Positions 1 to 9,898 of a stretch of DNA of 64,000 nt are shown piece after piece (positions within the stretch are counted from its first letter, which is position 1; each line of letters opens with the position of its first letter). Origin of the DNA: an uncultured Actinomycetota bacterium (GTDB lineage Bacteria; Actinomycetota; Actinomycetes; Propionibacteriales; Nocardioidaceae). The notes under the pieces are model-generated. The model saw nothing but the letters and a program-made list of their open reading frames with translations, was not told the origin of the DNA and ran no database searches. The position numbers and the translations under genes are program-made. Where the stretch lies: the NCBI GenBank assembly GCA_963714475.1, contig CAVQOP010000001.1, positions 675,481 through 739,480 of the forward strand. The letters are read 5' to 3'.

Positions 1-497
1 GAGGCGTCGCCGCGATCGGTGAACGCCTCGGTGCCGTCCTCGGCGAGGTGGCGCGAGACGTAGTCGTGGGGCAGCAGGACGCTCGCGACGCGCTCGGCCG
101 CCTGCGGCTCGTGGTCGCGCAGCCAGCGCAGCTTGGTGGCGGTGAAGGAGGCGACGAGGACGCTGCCGACGGCGGCGGCGCAGGCCTGCGGGCCCCCCAT
201 CTCGGCGACCAGGTCGCGCGCGGCGTCCGCGGAGCGGGTGTCGTTCCACAGCAGGGCGTCGCGCACCGGCTCGCCGTCGGCGCCCAGCGCCACCATGCCG
301 TGCTGCTGCCCTCCCACGGCGACGGCCGAGGCACGCTCGAGCAGCCCGTCGGCGGCCTCGTCGACCGCGCCGAGCCAGGCCCGGGGGTCGACCTCGGTGC
401 CGGGCGGGTGGGGCGCCGAGCGCTGCTCGACCACCCGCCCGTCGTCTGCGTCGACGAGAACGGTCTTGGTCGACTGGGTGGAGGAGTCGATGCCCAT
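1..497 (-). CDS. xylB: FGGY-family carbohydrate kinase, xylulokinase-like (N-terminal part; gene continues beyond window start)
   Basis: Absent from the ORF track because it leaves the window. Reverse complement from ATG 497..495 reads MGIDSSTQSTKTVLVDADDGRVVEQRSAPHPPGTEVDPRAW..., a typical xylulokinase N-terminus. Confidence 0.7.
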   Translation of the reverse strand, partial: MGIDSSTQSTKTVLVDADDGRVVEQRSAPHPPGTEVDPRAWLGAVDEAADGLLERASAVAVGGQQHGMVALGADGEPVRDALLWNDTRSADAARDLVAEMGGPQACAAAVGSVLVASFTATKLRWLRDHEPQAAERVASVLLPHDYVSRHLAEDGTEAFTDRGDA

Positions 498-510
498 GAC
501 GAGAGTCACA

Positions 511-545
511 TCCCCTATTAAGTATGAGACTCGTACTAATGTCAA
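511..545 (-). promoter_or_regulatory. AT-rich divergent promoter island. Minus-strand TTGACA (545..540), 17-nt spacer, CTTAAT (522..517), about 20 nt upstream of the kinase ATG
   Basis: Only markedly AT-rich stretch in this part of the window (tcccctattaagtatgagactcgtactaatgtcaa). Hexamers read directly. No experimental support. Confidence 0.4.
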
Positions 546-582
546 CCGCCGAAGTGCCAGTCTTTGCGAGCCGAGGTGCCGG
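546..582 (-). repeat. 22-nt direct-repeat family, locus 1: one full unit GGCACCTCGGCTCGCAAAGACT plus terminal partial unit GGCACTTCGGCGG (read on minus strand), abutting the -35 hexamer
   Basis: Reverse complement of 546..582 aligns almost base for base with 16979..17013 on the plus strand. Confidence 0.75.
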
Positions 583-670
583 TGATTGCTGCTCGAGGTG
601 TCGCTCGCGGTCGTCGGGGCGGGGCCGGACCGCCACCCGTCCGGTCGCCGGCGCTCGTTACGGTGGGGCC

Positions 671-1096
671 ATGAGCCAAGACGGGGACATCTACGCCGAC
701 GACCAGCTCTCCCGCGAGGACGCCCTCGCCGGGCCGGAGAACGAGGTCGAGGACGAGCTCGACCGCGGCTACTCCCCGCCGGAGAAGCTGTCGGGCGCGA
801 TGAAGTACCAGTCGACCACCGCCGACGTGCTCGAGGGCGAGAGCCTCGAGGATCGACTCGAGCAGGAGATCCCCGAGGAGGACCCCTACGAGGCGGCCGC
901 CGCCGAGGACGTCTCGGACATCGACGACGGTGAGGTCGGCGACGCGCGCGCAGGACGCCTGGTGGACCCCGACTCGGACGCCGCCGAGGAGTCCGTGCAG
1001 TCCATGGTGGGCGAGGACGCCGGCATCGACGGCGCCGGGGCATCGGCCGAGGAGGCCGCCGTGCACGTCGTGCCCGAGGACGGCGACGAGGTCTGA
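671..1096 (+). CDS. Acidic conserved actinobacterial protein (DUF5709-like)
   Basis: ATG at 671 inside ORF 524..1096. Asp/Glu-rich, with C-terminal RAGRLVDPDSD...GIDGAGASAEEAAVHVV block as I recall for DUF5709. High GC3. Confidence 0.7.
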   Translation: MSQDGDIYADDQLSREDALAGPENEVEDELDRGYSPPEKLSGAMKYQSTTADVLEGESLEDRLEQEIPEEDPYEAAAAEDVSDIDDGEVGDARAGRLVDPDSDAAEESVQSMVGEDAGIDGAGASAEEAAVHVVPEDGDEV

Positions 1097-1157
1097 GCCC
1101 TAGGCTGGCCCCAGTGCCTCCGCTCCCGGGGGCCACCTGACGTACGAAGGACACATC

Positions 1158-1559
1158 ATGGCTCGACGCTCCGAGGTGTCACGGCGCCTCACCCAGGTAC
1201 GCCGCTTCGCCGATCTCAACGACCGCGAGCTGAAGAAGGTGGCCGACGCGGGGCGCCTGGTGCACCTTCCCTCGCAGTGGTCGCTGATGGCCGAGTCGAC
1301 CCCGGCCGACAAGGCCTACGTCATCCTCGCGGGCGAGGCCGACGTGCGCGTCAAGGGCGAGACGGTCGCCACGGTGGGCCCCGGTGACATCATCGGCGAG
1401 ATCGGGGTGCTCGAGAAGCGCCTGCGCACCGCCGCGGTCGTCTCGACCAGCGAGCTCGAGGTCGTGCACTTCACCAACGAGGACCTCGCCCGGCTGGTCG
1501 AGGACATCCCCGCGTTCGGAGAAGCCCTCCGCGCCACCGCCGCCGAGCACGAGGGCTGA
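1158..1559 (+). CDS. Cyclic nucleotide-binding domain protein
   Basis: 133 aa. GDIIGEIGVLEKRLRTAAVVSTSELEVVHF matches the cNMP phosphate-binding cassette. GAAGGA RBS precedes the ATG. Confidence 0.8.
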   Translation: MARRSEVSRRLTQVRRFADLNDRELKKVADAGRLVHLPSQWSLMAESTPADKAYVILAGEADVRVKGETVATVGPGDIIGEIGVLEKRLRTAAVVSTSELEVVHFTNEDLARLVEDIPAFGEALRATAAEHEG

Positions 1560-1596
1560 GCCCCCAGCGCCTCAGGTCGGCCGATCGGGCTCCGCC

Positions 1597-1800
1597 TCAG
1601 GCGTGGCCGGCCTGCGGGCCGTCGACCTCGAAGGCGTTGTCGTCGGGCTCGACCGCGTCGGCCGCGTCCTCCTCGCTGATCTGCGCCCCCTCGACCGGCG
1701 AGCCGGCCGCGGTGCCGCCGGCGAGGACGTCCGGCGTCTCGGTGCTCTGCGTGCCCTCGTTGGTGGCCTCGGGGTCCTGGGTGTTCTCGTGGTCGGTCAT
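1597..1800 (-). CDS. Small (67 aa) highly acidic hypothetical protein
   Basis: Strong GC3 bias in this frame, no overlap with neighbours, 58 nt downstream of the guaA stop. No recognisable domain. Confidence 0.5.
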   Translation of the reverse strand: MTDHENTQDPEATNEGTQSTETPDVLAGGTAAGSPVEGAQISEEDAADAVEPDDNAFEVDGPQAGHA

Positions 1801-1858
1801 GGCCGCAACCTACGCAGCCCGGCCGGGTGACCGCCGCGCGCCCGGACCCCGCCCCGGC

Positions 1859-3463
1859 TCACTCCCACTCGATGGTGCCGGGCGGCTTGCTGGTGATGTC
1901 CAGCGCGACCCGGTTGACCTCGTCGACCTCGTTGGTGATCCGCGTCGAGATCGTCTCGAGCAGCTCGTAGGGCAGCCGCGACCAGTCCGCGGTCATGGCG
2001 TCCTCGCTCGAGACGGGACGGAGCACCACCGGGTGGCCGTAGGTGCGGCCGTCGCCCTGTACGCCGACCGAGCGGACGTCGCCGAGCAGGACGACCGGGA
2101 ACTGCCAGATGTCGCGGTCCAGTCCGGCCCGGGTGAGCTCCTCGCGCGCGATCGCGTCGGCGGCGCGCAGGATGTCGAGGCGCTCGCGGGTGACCTCGCC
2201 GATGATCCGGATGCCCAGACCGGGCCCGGGGAACGGGTGGCGCCAGACGATCTCGGGCGGCAGGCCGAGCTGCTCGCCGACCAGGCGCACCTCGTCCTTG
2301 AACAGGGTGCGCAGCGGCTCGACGAGCTCGAAGCGCAGGTCGTCGGGGAGGCCGCCGACGTTGTGGTGCGACTTGATGGTCGAGGTGCCCGCTCCACCGC
2401 CGGACTCGACCACGTCGGGGTAGAGCGTGCCCTGGACCAGGAAGGCGACCGAGTCACCCGGCTCGCCGTCGGTGCCGGTCACGGCGTCGCCGAGGATGTC
2501 GGCCTCCGCGGCCTCGAAGACCCGGATGAACTCGCGACCGATGATCTTGCGCTTCTGCTCGGGATCGCTGACCCCGGCCAGCGCGGTCAGGAAGCGCTCC
2601 TCGGCGTCGACGACGACGAGGTCCGCGCCGGTCGCGGCGACGAAGTCACGCTCGATCTGCTCGGTCTCGCCGGCCCGCATCAGCCCGTGGTCGACGTACA
2701 CGCAGGTCAGCCGGTCACCGATCGCACGCTGGACCAGCGCAGCGGCTACCGCGGAGTCGACTCCCCCGGAGAGGCCGCAGATCGCCTGTCCGCGCTCGCC
2801 GACCTGGGCGGTGATGGCGGCGATCTGCTCCTCGACGATGTTGACCATCGTCCAGGTCGGGCGGCACCCGGCGATGTCGTGCAGGAAGTGCTCGAGCACG
2901 GCCTGACCGTGCTCGGAGTGCATGACCTCGGGGTGCCACTGCACCCCGGCGAGGCGTCGGTCGACGTCCTCGAACGCCGCCACGGTGGCCCGCGGTGAGC
3001 GCGCGTTGACCGTGAAGCCGGCGGGCGCGCCGGTCACCTCGTCGCCGTGCGACATCCAGGAGACGAGCTCGCTCGGTACGCCGTCGAGCAGCGTGCCGGG
3101 CTCGAGCACCGACACCGTGGTGCGGCCGTACTCGCGCTGGCCGGTGCGCGCGACCTGGCCGCCCAGGGCCGCCGCCATCGCCATGAAGCCGTAGCAGATC
3201 CCGAAGACCGGCACCCGCCCGTCGACCAGGTCGGCGTCGAGGTGCGGTGCGCCCTCCTCGTAGACCGACGACGGGCCCCCGGAGAGGATGACCGCCTTGG
3301 GACCCCGCGCGAGCATCTCCTCGACCGGCATCGTGTGCGGCACGATCTCGGAGTAGACCTTCGCCTCACGGACCCGACGCGCGATGAGCTGGGCGTACTG
3401 GGCGCCGAAGTCGACGACCAGCACGAGGTCGTGGTCGGTCTCCGGGGGGTTGCCCTGGGTCAT
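1859..3463 (-). CDS. guaA: GMP synthase (glutamine-hydrolysing)
   Basis: [34 protein letters not shown]... GATase domain plus SGGVDS ATP-PPase motif plus C-terminal PPGTIEWE. Internal ATG at 3463 chosen over the ORF-track start at 3541. Confidence 0.97.
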   Translation of the reverse strand: MTQGNPPETDHDLVLVVDFGAQYAQLIARRVREAKVYSEIVPHTMPVEEMLARGPKAVILSGGPSSVYEEGAPHLDADLVDGRVPVFGICYGFMAMAAALGGQVARTGQREYGRTTVSVLEPGTLLDGVPSELVSWMSHGDEVTGAPAGFTVNARSPRATVAAFEDVDRRLAGVQWHPEVMHSEHGQAVLEHFLHDIAGCRPTWTMVNIVEEQIAAITAQVGERGQAICGLSGGVDSAVAAALVQRAIGDRLTCVYVDHGLMRAGETEQIERDFVAATGADLVVVDAEERFLTALAGVSDPEQKRKIIGREFIRVFEAAEADILGDAVTGTDGEPGDSVAFLVQGTLYPDVVESGGGAGTSTIKSHHNVGGLPDDLRFELVEPLRTLFKDEVRLVGEQLGLPPEIVWRHPFPGPGLGIRIIGEVTRERLDILRAADAIAREELTRAGLDRDIWQFPVVLLGDVRSVGVQGDGRTYGHPVVLRPVSSEDAMTADWSRLPYELLETISTRITNEVDEVNRVALDITSKPPGTIEWE

Positions 3464-3573
3464 CCGTGTCCTCTCGAGACGTGAGCGTGACGGCGCTGCG
3501 CAGCGCGTACGTCGGGCTCCGAGCGTATCGGTGGGGCCCACCGGTCCGGCAGGCCGCTCACGCCAGGGGAGGC

Positions 3574-3613
3574 GCCGGGGCCCGACCTAGGGGGGAGGCG
3601 GCCGGGCCCCGGC
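3574..3613 (-). terminator. GC hairpin (11-bp perfect stem gccggggcccg/cgggccccggc, about 18-nt loop) between choD-like gene and guaA
   Basis: Inverted repeat read directly. No U-tract, as is usual in high-GC actinobacteria. Confidence 0.35.
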
Positions 3614-3746
3614 TCCCGCTCCGGACGGAGAGACTCGTCCACGGGAGGGCCCGGCCCGTGTCGAAGGGAGCACCGAGGGCAAGACCCGCTGCTCCAACGA
3701 GCACTCCTGCACGGGGTTACGGGCCTGTATCGCACTTTTCTCGGGG

Positions 3747-5534
3747 TCAGGAGACCTCGACGATCGGCAGCCGCAGCGCACCCGGCGCGTCGTCGGGCAC
3801 CACGGGACGGCGCGGGGCCACCGGGGCGATCCGCGCGTAGTCCTCACCCAGCGCCGGCCGCGGGTCCGGCTCCCCCTTGTTCGGCCACAGGGCCATGGCC
3901 CGCTCGGCCTGGGCGGTGATCGTCAACGAGGGGTTCACGCCGAGGTTCGCGGTGATCGCCGAGCCGTCGTTGACGTGCAGCCCCTGGTAGCCGTACACGC
4001 GCTGGTAGGGGTCGACCACGCCGGTCTCGGGGGAGTCGCCGATGGCGCACCCGCCGAGGAAGTGGGCGGTCATCGGCCGGTCGAAGGGCTCCCCGATGGA
4101 TCCGCCCGGGACGCCGCCCATGGTCTGGGCCATGAGGCGTACGGCGGTGTTCGCGGCCGGGATCCAGCTCGGGTTGGGCACGCCGTGGCCCTGCTTGGAC
4201 GTCAGGTAGCGCCAGCGCGTCCCCGGGACCTGCTTGGTGTAGGTGGTGATCGAGTTGTCCAGGCTCTGCATGACCAGCGCGATCACGGTGCGCTCGGACC
4301 AGTGCTTCACGTCGTAGAGGCTGACCAGCGCGCCGCGCTGGCGCCACAGCTCGGTCAGCCAGGTCCGCCACCGCGGCCCGGGTCCGTCACCGTCGGTCAG
4401 CACGGTCTGCATCAACGACATGAAGTTGCTGCCGGGGCCGTAGCGGCAGGGCTCGACGTGCGTGTCGGCGTCGGGGTGGAAGCTGGAGGTGATCGCGATG
4501 CCCCGGCTGTAGTCGACGCCCGAGTCGCGAGGCGCGATCGCGCCGAGGATGGACTCGGAGTTGGTGCGGGCCAGGAACCCGAGGCGCTGCGAGACGCGCG
4601 GCAGGTGGCCCTCGTCGCGCATCCGGTGCAGCAGTCTCTGGGTGCCGAGCGCGGAGGCGGCGAAGATGACGTGCCGGGCGGTCAGGACCCGCCGCGAGCC
4701 CCTGCCGGGTCGCTTGGCCTTGGTGAAGCGCACGTGCACGTCGTAGCCGGCGGACCCGTCCTCGCGGCCCTCATGAACCTCGCGCGGCGCGACCCGCGTG
4801 ACGGTCGTCAGCGGCATCACCCTCGCGCCGTGCCGCTCGGCGAGGTAGAGGTAGTTCTTGACCAGGGTGTTCTTGGCGTTGTGGCGGCACCCGCTCATGC
4901 AGGAGCCGCAGCCGATGCACGCCGTGCGGGCCGGGCCGGCCCCGCCGAAGTAGGGGTCGGCGACGAGGTCACCGGGGTCGTGACCCTCGGCGCCCTCGGG
5001 ACCGCCGAAGAACACCCCCACCGGCGTCGGACGGAAGGTCTCGGCGACGCCCATCTCGCTCGCGACCTTCTCCATCACCTCGTCGGCCGGCGTGCGCAAC
5101 GGGTTGTCGACCACCCCGAGCATGCGCTTGGCCTGGTCGTAGAACGGCTCGAGCTCGGAGCGCCAGTCGGTGATGTGGGCCCACTGGCGGTCGGTGAAGA
5201 AGGCCGGCAGCGGCTCGTAGAGGGTGTTGGCGTAGACCAGGGAACCCCCGCCGACCCCGGCGCCGGAGACGATCACGCAGTCCTTGAGCGCGTCGATGCG
5301 CTGGATGCCGTAGCAGCCGACCTCGGGACGGAACAGGTAGCGCTTGACGTCCCAGGAGGTCTCGGCGAAGTCGTCGTCCTCGAAGCGCGCGCCGGCCTCG
5401 ACCACGCCGACGCGGTAGCCCTTCTCGGTCAGGCGCAGCGCGCTGACCGAGCCGCCGAACCCGGAGCCGATGACCAGGACGTCGTAGTCGAACGCCGACT
5501 CCCCGGGGTCCTCACCCGTGACCGGTCCGGGCAC
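3747..5534 (-). CDS. choD: GMC-family FAD oxidoreductase (ChoD / cholesterol oxidase-like)
   Basis: 595 aa. N-terminal DYDVLVIGSGFGGSVSALRLTEKGYRVGVVEAG Rossmann motif. Sits beside the guaB3/guaB region, as mycobacterial choD does. Confidence 0.85.
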   Translation of the reverse strand: MPGPVTGEDPGESAFDYDVLVIGSGFGGSVSALRLTEKGYRVGVVEAGARFEDDDFAETSWDVKRYLFRPEVGCYGIQRIDALKDCVIVSGAGVGGGSLVYANTLYEPLPAFFTDRQWAHITDWRSELEPFYDQAKRMLGVVDNPLRTPADEVMEKVASEMGVAETFRPTPVGVFFGGPEGAEGHDPGDLVADPYFGGAGPARTACIGCGSCMSGCRHNAKNTLVKNYLYLAERHGARVMPLTTVTRVAPREVHEGREDGSAGYDVHVRFTKAKRPGRGSRRVLTARHVIFAASALGTQRLLHRMRDEGHLPRVSQRLGFLARTNSESILGAIAPRDSGVDYSRGIAITSSFHPDADTHVEPCRYGPGSNFMSLMQTVLTDGDGPGPRWRTWLTELWRQRGALVSLYDVKHWSERTVIALVMQSLDNSITTYTKQVPGTRWRYLTSKQGHGVPNPSWIPAANTAVRLMAQTMGGVPGGSIGEPFDRPMTAHFLGGCAIGDSPETGVVDPYQRVYGYQGLHVNDGSAITANLGVNPSLTITAQAERAMALWPNKGEPDPRPALGEDYARIAPVAPRRPVVPDDAPGALRLPIVEVS

Positions 5535-5535
5535 C

Positions 5536-7155
5536 TCAGGCCCGTCCGAGCTTCTTGAGCACCCGCAGGTTGGCGGTCATCATGGCGGCGTACGCCGCGT
5601 CGGACATGCCCAGCTGCGGGGCGAAGCGCAGCACCCGCTGCACCGCCACCGACTGCGACTCGGTGAAGCGGTGGATGCCTTCGGCGCCCTGGCGCCGGCC
5701 CATCCCGGACTGGCGCATGCCGCCCATCGGGGAGTCGATCGAGGCGAAGGTGGCGGCGAACGCCTCGTTGATGTTCACGGTGCCGCACCGCAGCTCGCGG
5801 GCCATGGCCCGGGCCCGCCGGGTGTCGCGGCTGTAGACGGCGCCGTTGAGGCCGTACTCCCCCGCGTTGGCCCGCGCGAGCGCGTCGGCCTCGTCGTGGA
5901 AGCGGTAGAGCGCGATGACCGGGCCGAACGTCTCGTCGCCGAAGCAGGTCATCTCGGGCGTCACGCCCTCGAGGACGGTCGGCTCGAAGAAGTACGGTCC
6001 GAGGTCCGGGCGGGCCCGACCGCCGGTGAGCACCCGGGCGCCCTTGGCGACCGCGTCCTCGACGTGGGCCACCACGGTCTGGAGCTGCTCGGCCGAGATC
6101 AGCGAGCCCATGTCGTTGCCCCAGCTCAGGCTGGTGCCCAGCGTCATCGCCTGGGTGCGCGCGACGAAGCGCGCGACGAAGCGGTCGTAGACGCTGTCGG
6201 CGACGAACAGCCGCTCCATGGCCACGCACAGCTGGCCGGCGTTGGAGAACGACGCGCGCACGGCGCCCTCGGCGGCCTTCTCGAGGTCGGCGTCGTGCAG
6301 CACGAGCATCGGGTTCTTGCCGCCGAGCTCGAGCGAGCAGCCGATCAGCCGCGCGGCGCACGCGGCAGCCACCAGGCGGCCGGTGGCCGTCGAGCCGGTG
6401 AAGCACACGTAGTCGGCGTGCTCGATGACCTGGGTGCCCGTCTGCGAACCCGGGCCGGCCACGACCTGCCACAGGTCGGGCGGGAACCCGGCCTGCTCGA
6501 GCAGCTCGACCCCGAGCAGCGCGGTGAGCATGGTGTGCGCGTCGGGCTTGATGACCACCGCGTTGCCCGCGAGCAGCGCGGGCAGGCCGTCGCACAGCGC
6601 CATCGTGAACGGGTAGTTCCACGGCGAGATGATGCCGACGACGCCCTTGGGGACCTGGTTGACCTCGACGCGCGTCAGCACCGGTACGACGCCGCGCCGG
6701 CGGCTGGTCGCGAGGTGCTCGCGCGCGGTGCGCGCGTAGTAGCGGGCGGTGAGCGCGATGTGCAGCGGCTCGTCGAAGGCGTGCTTGCGGGCCTTGCCGG
6801 ACTCCCAGACGATCAGGTCGAGGATCTCGCTCTGGCGGTCGAGGACGAGGTCGTGCAGGCGCAGCAGGCAGGCGGCGCGCTCGTCGAGGGGGACCCGGGC
6901 CCACTGCTCCTGGGCGACCCGGGCCCGGGCGAAGGCGTCGGCGACGTCGGCCTCGCTCGACTGGGGCACGTGCGCCAGCGGCACCCCGTCCAGCGGCGAG
7001 ACGGTCGGGCGGGTCTCGCCCGAGGTCGCCCGGACCCGGGCGGTGAGACGACCGACGTACTCCGGCTCGAAGGCGTAGGACGCCGACGGGTCGAGCTCGG
7101 GGTCTCGTGGGCCGTCGACGACGGGGCCACCGGAGGACGCGCTGGAGGAGCTCAT
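5536..7155 (-). CDS. NAD(P)-dependent aldehyde dehydrogenase (succinate-semialdehyde dehydrogenase-like)
   Basis: 539 aa. FTGSTATGR and LELGGKNP aldehyde dehydrogenase motifs and a catalytic Cys context (NAGQLCVAMERL). Confidence 0.9.
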   Translation of the reverse strand: MSSSSASSGGPVVDGPRDPELDPSASYAFEPEYVGRLTARVRATSGETRPTVSPLDGVPLAHVPQSSEADVADAFARARVAQEQWARVPLDERAACLLRLHDLVLDRQSEILDLIVWESGKARKHAFDEPLHIALTARYYARTAREHLATSRRRGVVPVLTRVEVNQVPKGVVGIISPWNYPFTMALCDGLPALLAGNAVVIKPDAHTMLTALLGVELLEQAGFPPDLWQVVAGPGSQTGTQVIEHADYVCFTGSTATGRLVAAACAARLIGCSLELGGKNPMLVLHDADLEKAAEGAVRASFSNAGQLCVAMERLFVADSVYDRFVARFVARTQAMTLGTSLSWGNDMGSLISAEQLQTVVAHVEDAVAKGARVLTGGRARPDLGPYFFEPTVLEGVTPEMTCFGDETFGPVIALYRFHDEADALARANAGEYGLNGAVYSRDTRRARAMARELRCGTVNINEAFAATFASIDSPMGGMRQSGMGRRQGAEGIHRFTESQSVAVQRVLRFAPQLGMSDAAYAAMMTANLRVLKKLGRA

Positions 7156-7235
7156 GGACCGAGGGTATGGGACGACCGGGGCCGCGATCTACCCTGCGGT
7201 AACCAGCGTGGCACTCGACACATCCGCGTGACCTG

Positions 7236-7880
7236 TCAAGCCGGTGCGAGCCCCTCGTGGCGGGGCAGCCGGGCCGCGCCGACGAGGGTCGCGAGCCGCT
7301 CGGCGGGCAGGGCCTCCTCGACCACGTGGCGCACCGCGCCGGAGTCGGGCGCGTGCAGCATCCGGCGTACGCCGCCGGGCGCCGCCGCCGCGCTGACCAG
7401 GCCCACGTGGTGCACCGGGCGGCCGGGCCGGGCGAAGAAGTAGAGGTCACCGACGCGCACCTCCTCGAGCGGGAGCGCCTCGAGCGCCTCGGCCTGGTCG
7501 GAGGCGTCGCGCGGGACGCGCAGCCCGTGGTGGCGGGCCACCACGTGCACGAGCCCCGAGCAGTCGATCCCGTCGCGGCTCAGCCCGCCCCACTCGTAGG
7601 GCGCCTCGAGGAAGCCGCGCGCGGTGGCCAGCACGTCGTCGCGGGTCGGCGCCGGGTCGACCGGCTCCTCGGCGGTGTCCTCCACGCACAGCCGCCGCAC
7701 CCATCCGGGGTAGCCGAGCGGGTCGAGGCCGGAGGGCTGCCACGGCGCGAGCACCCGCAGCCACTCCTCGAGGTGCTCGAGCACGAGCACCGGCTCACCG
7801 GGCAGCAGCTGGGTGACCTGCTCGCCCTCGTCGTCCGGTGTGCGCCGGATCGCGGCGAGCTCTCGGGCGATGACGGGCAC
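7236..7880 (-). CDS. NlpC/P60 (C40) cell-wall peptidase with N-terminal SH3-like region
   Basis: 214 aa. YEWGGLSRDGIDCSGLVHVV catalytic Cys motif and HHVGLV His motif. GGAAGGA RBS before GTG 7880. Confidence 0.85.
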   Translation of the reverse strand: MPVIARELAAIRRTPDDEGEQVTQLLPGEPVLVLEHLEEWLRVLAPWQPSGLDPLGYPGWVRRLCVEDTAEEPVDPAPTRDDVLATARGFLEAPYEWGGLSRDGIDCSGLVHVVARHHGLRVPRDASDQAEALEALPLEEVRVGDLYFFARPGRPVHHVGLVSAAAAPGGVRRMLHAPDSGAVRHVVEEALPAERLATLVGAARLPRHEGLAPA

Positions 7881-7941
7881 GGCCTCGATCCTTCCAGCCC
7901 GACCAAGCCGGTCAGGCCAGGCAGGTCAGGCGAGCAGGAGG

Positions 7942-9064
7942 TCAGGCCGGCAGGTCGGGCTCGCGCAGGTCGACGATGCCGAGTCCGGGACCCTGCGGCA
8001 GCACGATCCGGGCGCCGTCGTAGGCCGGACCGCCGACGTACGGCGACGAGCGGGCCCACCAGGCCGCGTCGAGGTCCGCGCCCTGCGTGGTGCCCACGGC
8101 GGCGACCACGGAGGCGGCCGCGCCGACGCCGACGTGCGACTCCATCATCGAGCCGACCATGGTCCCGAGCCCGTGGCTGCGCGCGGCGGCCAGCAGCTCG
8201 ATCGCCGGCGAGATGCCGCCGCACTTGGCGAGCTTGACGTTGACCAGGTCGCAGGCGCCGAGCCGGACCAGGGCGACCAGGTCACGCAGGTCGAAGAACG
8301 ACTCGTCGGCCATCACCGGGGTGTCGACGCGTGCGGTGACCCAGGCCAGTCCGACGAGGTCGTGGGCCGGCACGGGCTGCTCGACGAGCGCGACCCCGAG
8401 GCCCGCGTCCTCCATCTCGCGCACGACCCGGACGGCGCTGCGTGCGTTCCAGCCCTGGTTGGCGTCCAGACGGAGCTCGACCCGGGGTCCGACCGCCTCA
8501 CGCACGGCGCGGACCCGGTCGAGGTCGGTGTCGGCATCGGTGCCGACCTTGAGCTTCAGGGTGGTGAAGCCGTCGAGCACCCGCAGCCGGGCGGCGCGGG
8601 CCAGATCCTCGGGCGTCCCCGCGGCGAGCGTCACGTCGGTGGGGACGACCAGGTCCGGGCCCGCCGCGCCCGTGCGCAGCCCGGCGTACGACGTCAGGTG
8701 GTCGGCCAGGCTGACGCCCGGCCCGGCGGGCGGCGAGGTCGTGCAGCGCGACGTCGACGGCCGCCTTGGCACCCCGGTTGCCGACGACGGCCCAGCGCAG
8801 GACCGGACCCGCCTCCCGCGGGTCGGCCGGGCCCCCGACGAGCGCCTGCGCGAGCGGGCCCTCCACGCAGGCGGTGGCCCCGGCCAGCGACTCGCCGGTG
8901 ATCCGCCAGGCCTGCGGCGCCTCGCCCCAGCCCTCCACCCCGTCCTCGTCGCGCACCCGCACCACGACGGTGTCGATGGTCTCGGTGCGGCGCAGCGCCG
9001 TCACGAACGGCGTGTGCAGGTCGAGGGAGACCCGCGAGGTCGAGACCGCGGCGATCCGGCTCAC
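7942..9064 (-). CDS. Dipeptide (L-Ala-D/L-Glu) epimerase, enolase superfamily; frame broken once (+1) near 8716-8726 as assembled
   Basis: N-terminus (VSRIAAVSTSRVSLDLHTPFVTALR...AAVDVALHDLAARRAG) lies in the frame of ORF 8498..10096. The rest (VSLADHL...KLKVG...DANQGW...VEQP...) lies in ORF 7942..8772. The join is at a gggc/ccgg run. GTG 9064 overlaps the upstream stop (GTGA). Confidence 0.8.
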
Positions 9065-9898
9065 GGGTTGAGCGGACGAGCGGCGCGCTCCTCGAGCGCG
9101 GCCCACGCCCGGGCCGCGACGCGGGAGACGAGGGCGGACCCGTCGGAGCGGGAGGCGCCGTGGCGCGTCAGCACGACCAGCACGAACGGCGGGTGGTCGG
9201 AGGGGCGTACCAGGGCCGCGTCGTGGGTGACGCCGCCGATCCAGCCGGTCTTGTGGGCCACCACCACGCCGTCCGGCAGCCCGGCCGGGATGCCCGCGCG
9301 GTCGGTCTGCGCGCGCAGGTCGGCCTCGACGGCCGCCATCGCCGCCGGGCCCACCGAGCCGGCCGTCGACGACGCCGACGAGCACCAGACCCAGGTCGCG
9401 AGCGGTCACGACGTTGCGCAGGCCCGCCTCGACGGCCGGGGTGTCCTCGATGCCGTGCGTCACCGTGGTGAGGGGCGACGCCCCGGCCTCCTCGAGGACG
9501 GCGGCCACCTCCGCGAGCCCGACGGCGTCGAGGACCAGGTTGGCGGCGAGGTTGCCCGAGACGGTGATGCTGCGGTGGACCAGGTCGCGCAGGGGGACGT
9601 CCTGGCCGAGGAGGTCCCACGTCTCGGGGTCCTGGTCGTAGTCGCGGCTCACCGTGAACCGTCGGCCCGCGACGGCGGAGTCGAGCTCGTCGCGCACCCG
9701 CACCGGTGCGTCGAGGTCGAGCACGCCGCGCTCGTGGAGGCGGTGCGCCGCGACGGCGACCGGCAGCTTCATGGTGCTCGCGGCCCGGTGCGGCCTGCGG
9801 TCGTCACGCGCCCACCAGGTCCGGCCCTCGGCACTGGCCAACCAGGCCGAGATCGTGCGCGCGGTGGAGGGCCGGGTCGTCACCTCAGGCTCCACCAC
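9061..9898 (-). CDS. Class A beta-lactamase-related serine hydrolase; frame broken once (+1) near 9345-9356 as assembled
   Basis: STMK (SxxK), SGN and KTG motifs are all present but split between the frame of ORF 8498..10096 and ORF 9061..9354. Start is one of the GTGs at 9898, 9895 or 9883, overlapping or abutting the HAD stop. Confidence 0.75.

Noticed and set aside
1637-2998. 453-aa plus-strand ORF, and similar ORFs at 3975..5558, 5518..7443 and 13173..14993
   Set aside because: They are antisense to guaA, choD, the aldehyde dehydrogenase and guaB respectively. GC-frame artefacts.
7881-7941. c-di-AMP (ydaO-type) riboswitch upstream of the NlpC/P60 gene
   Set aside because: The spacer is only 61 nt and the gene appears to be the last member of the upstream operon. 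No long conserved pseudoknot-type structure is visible.
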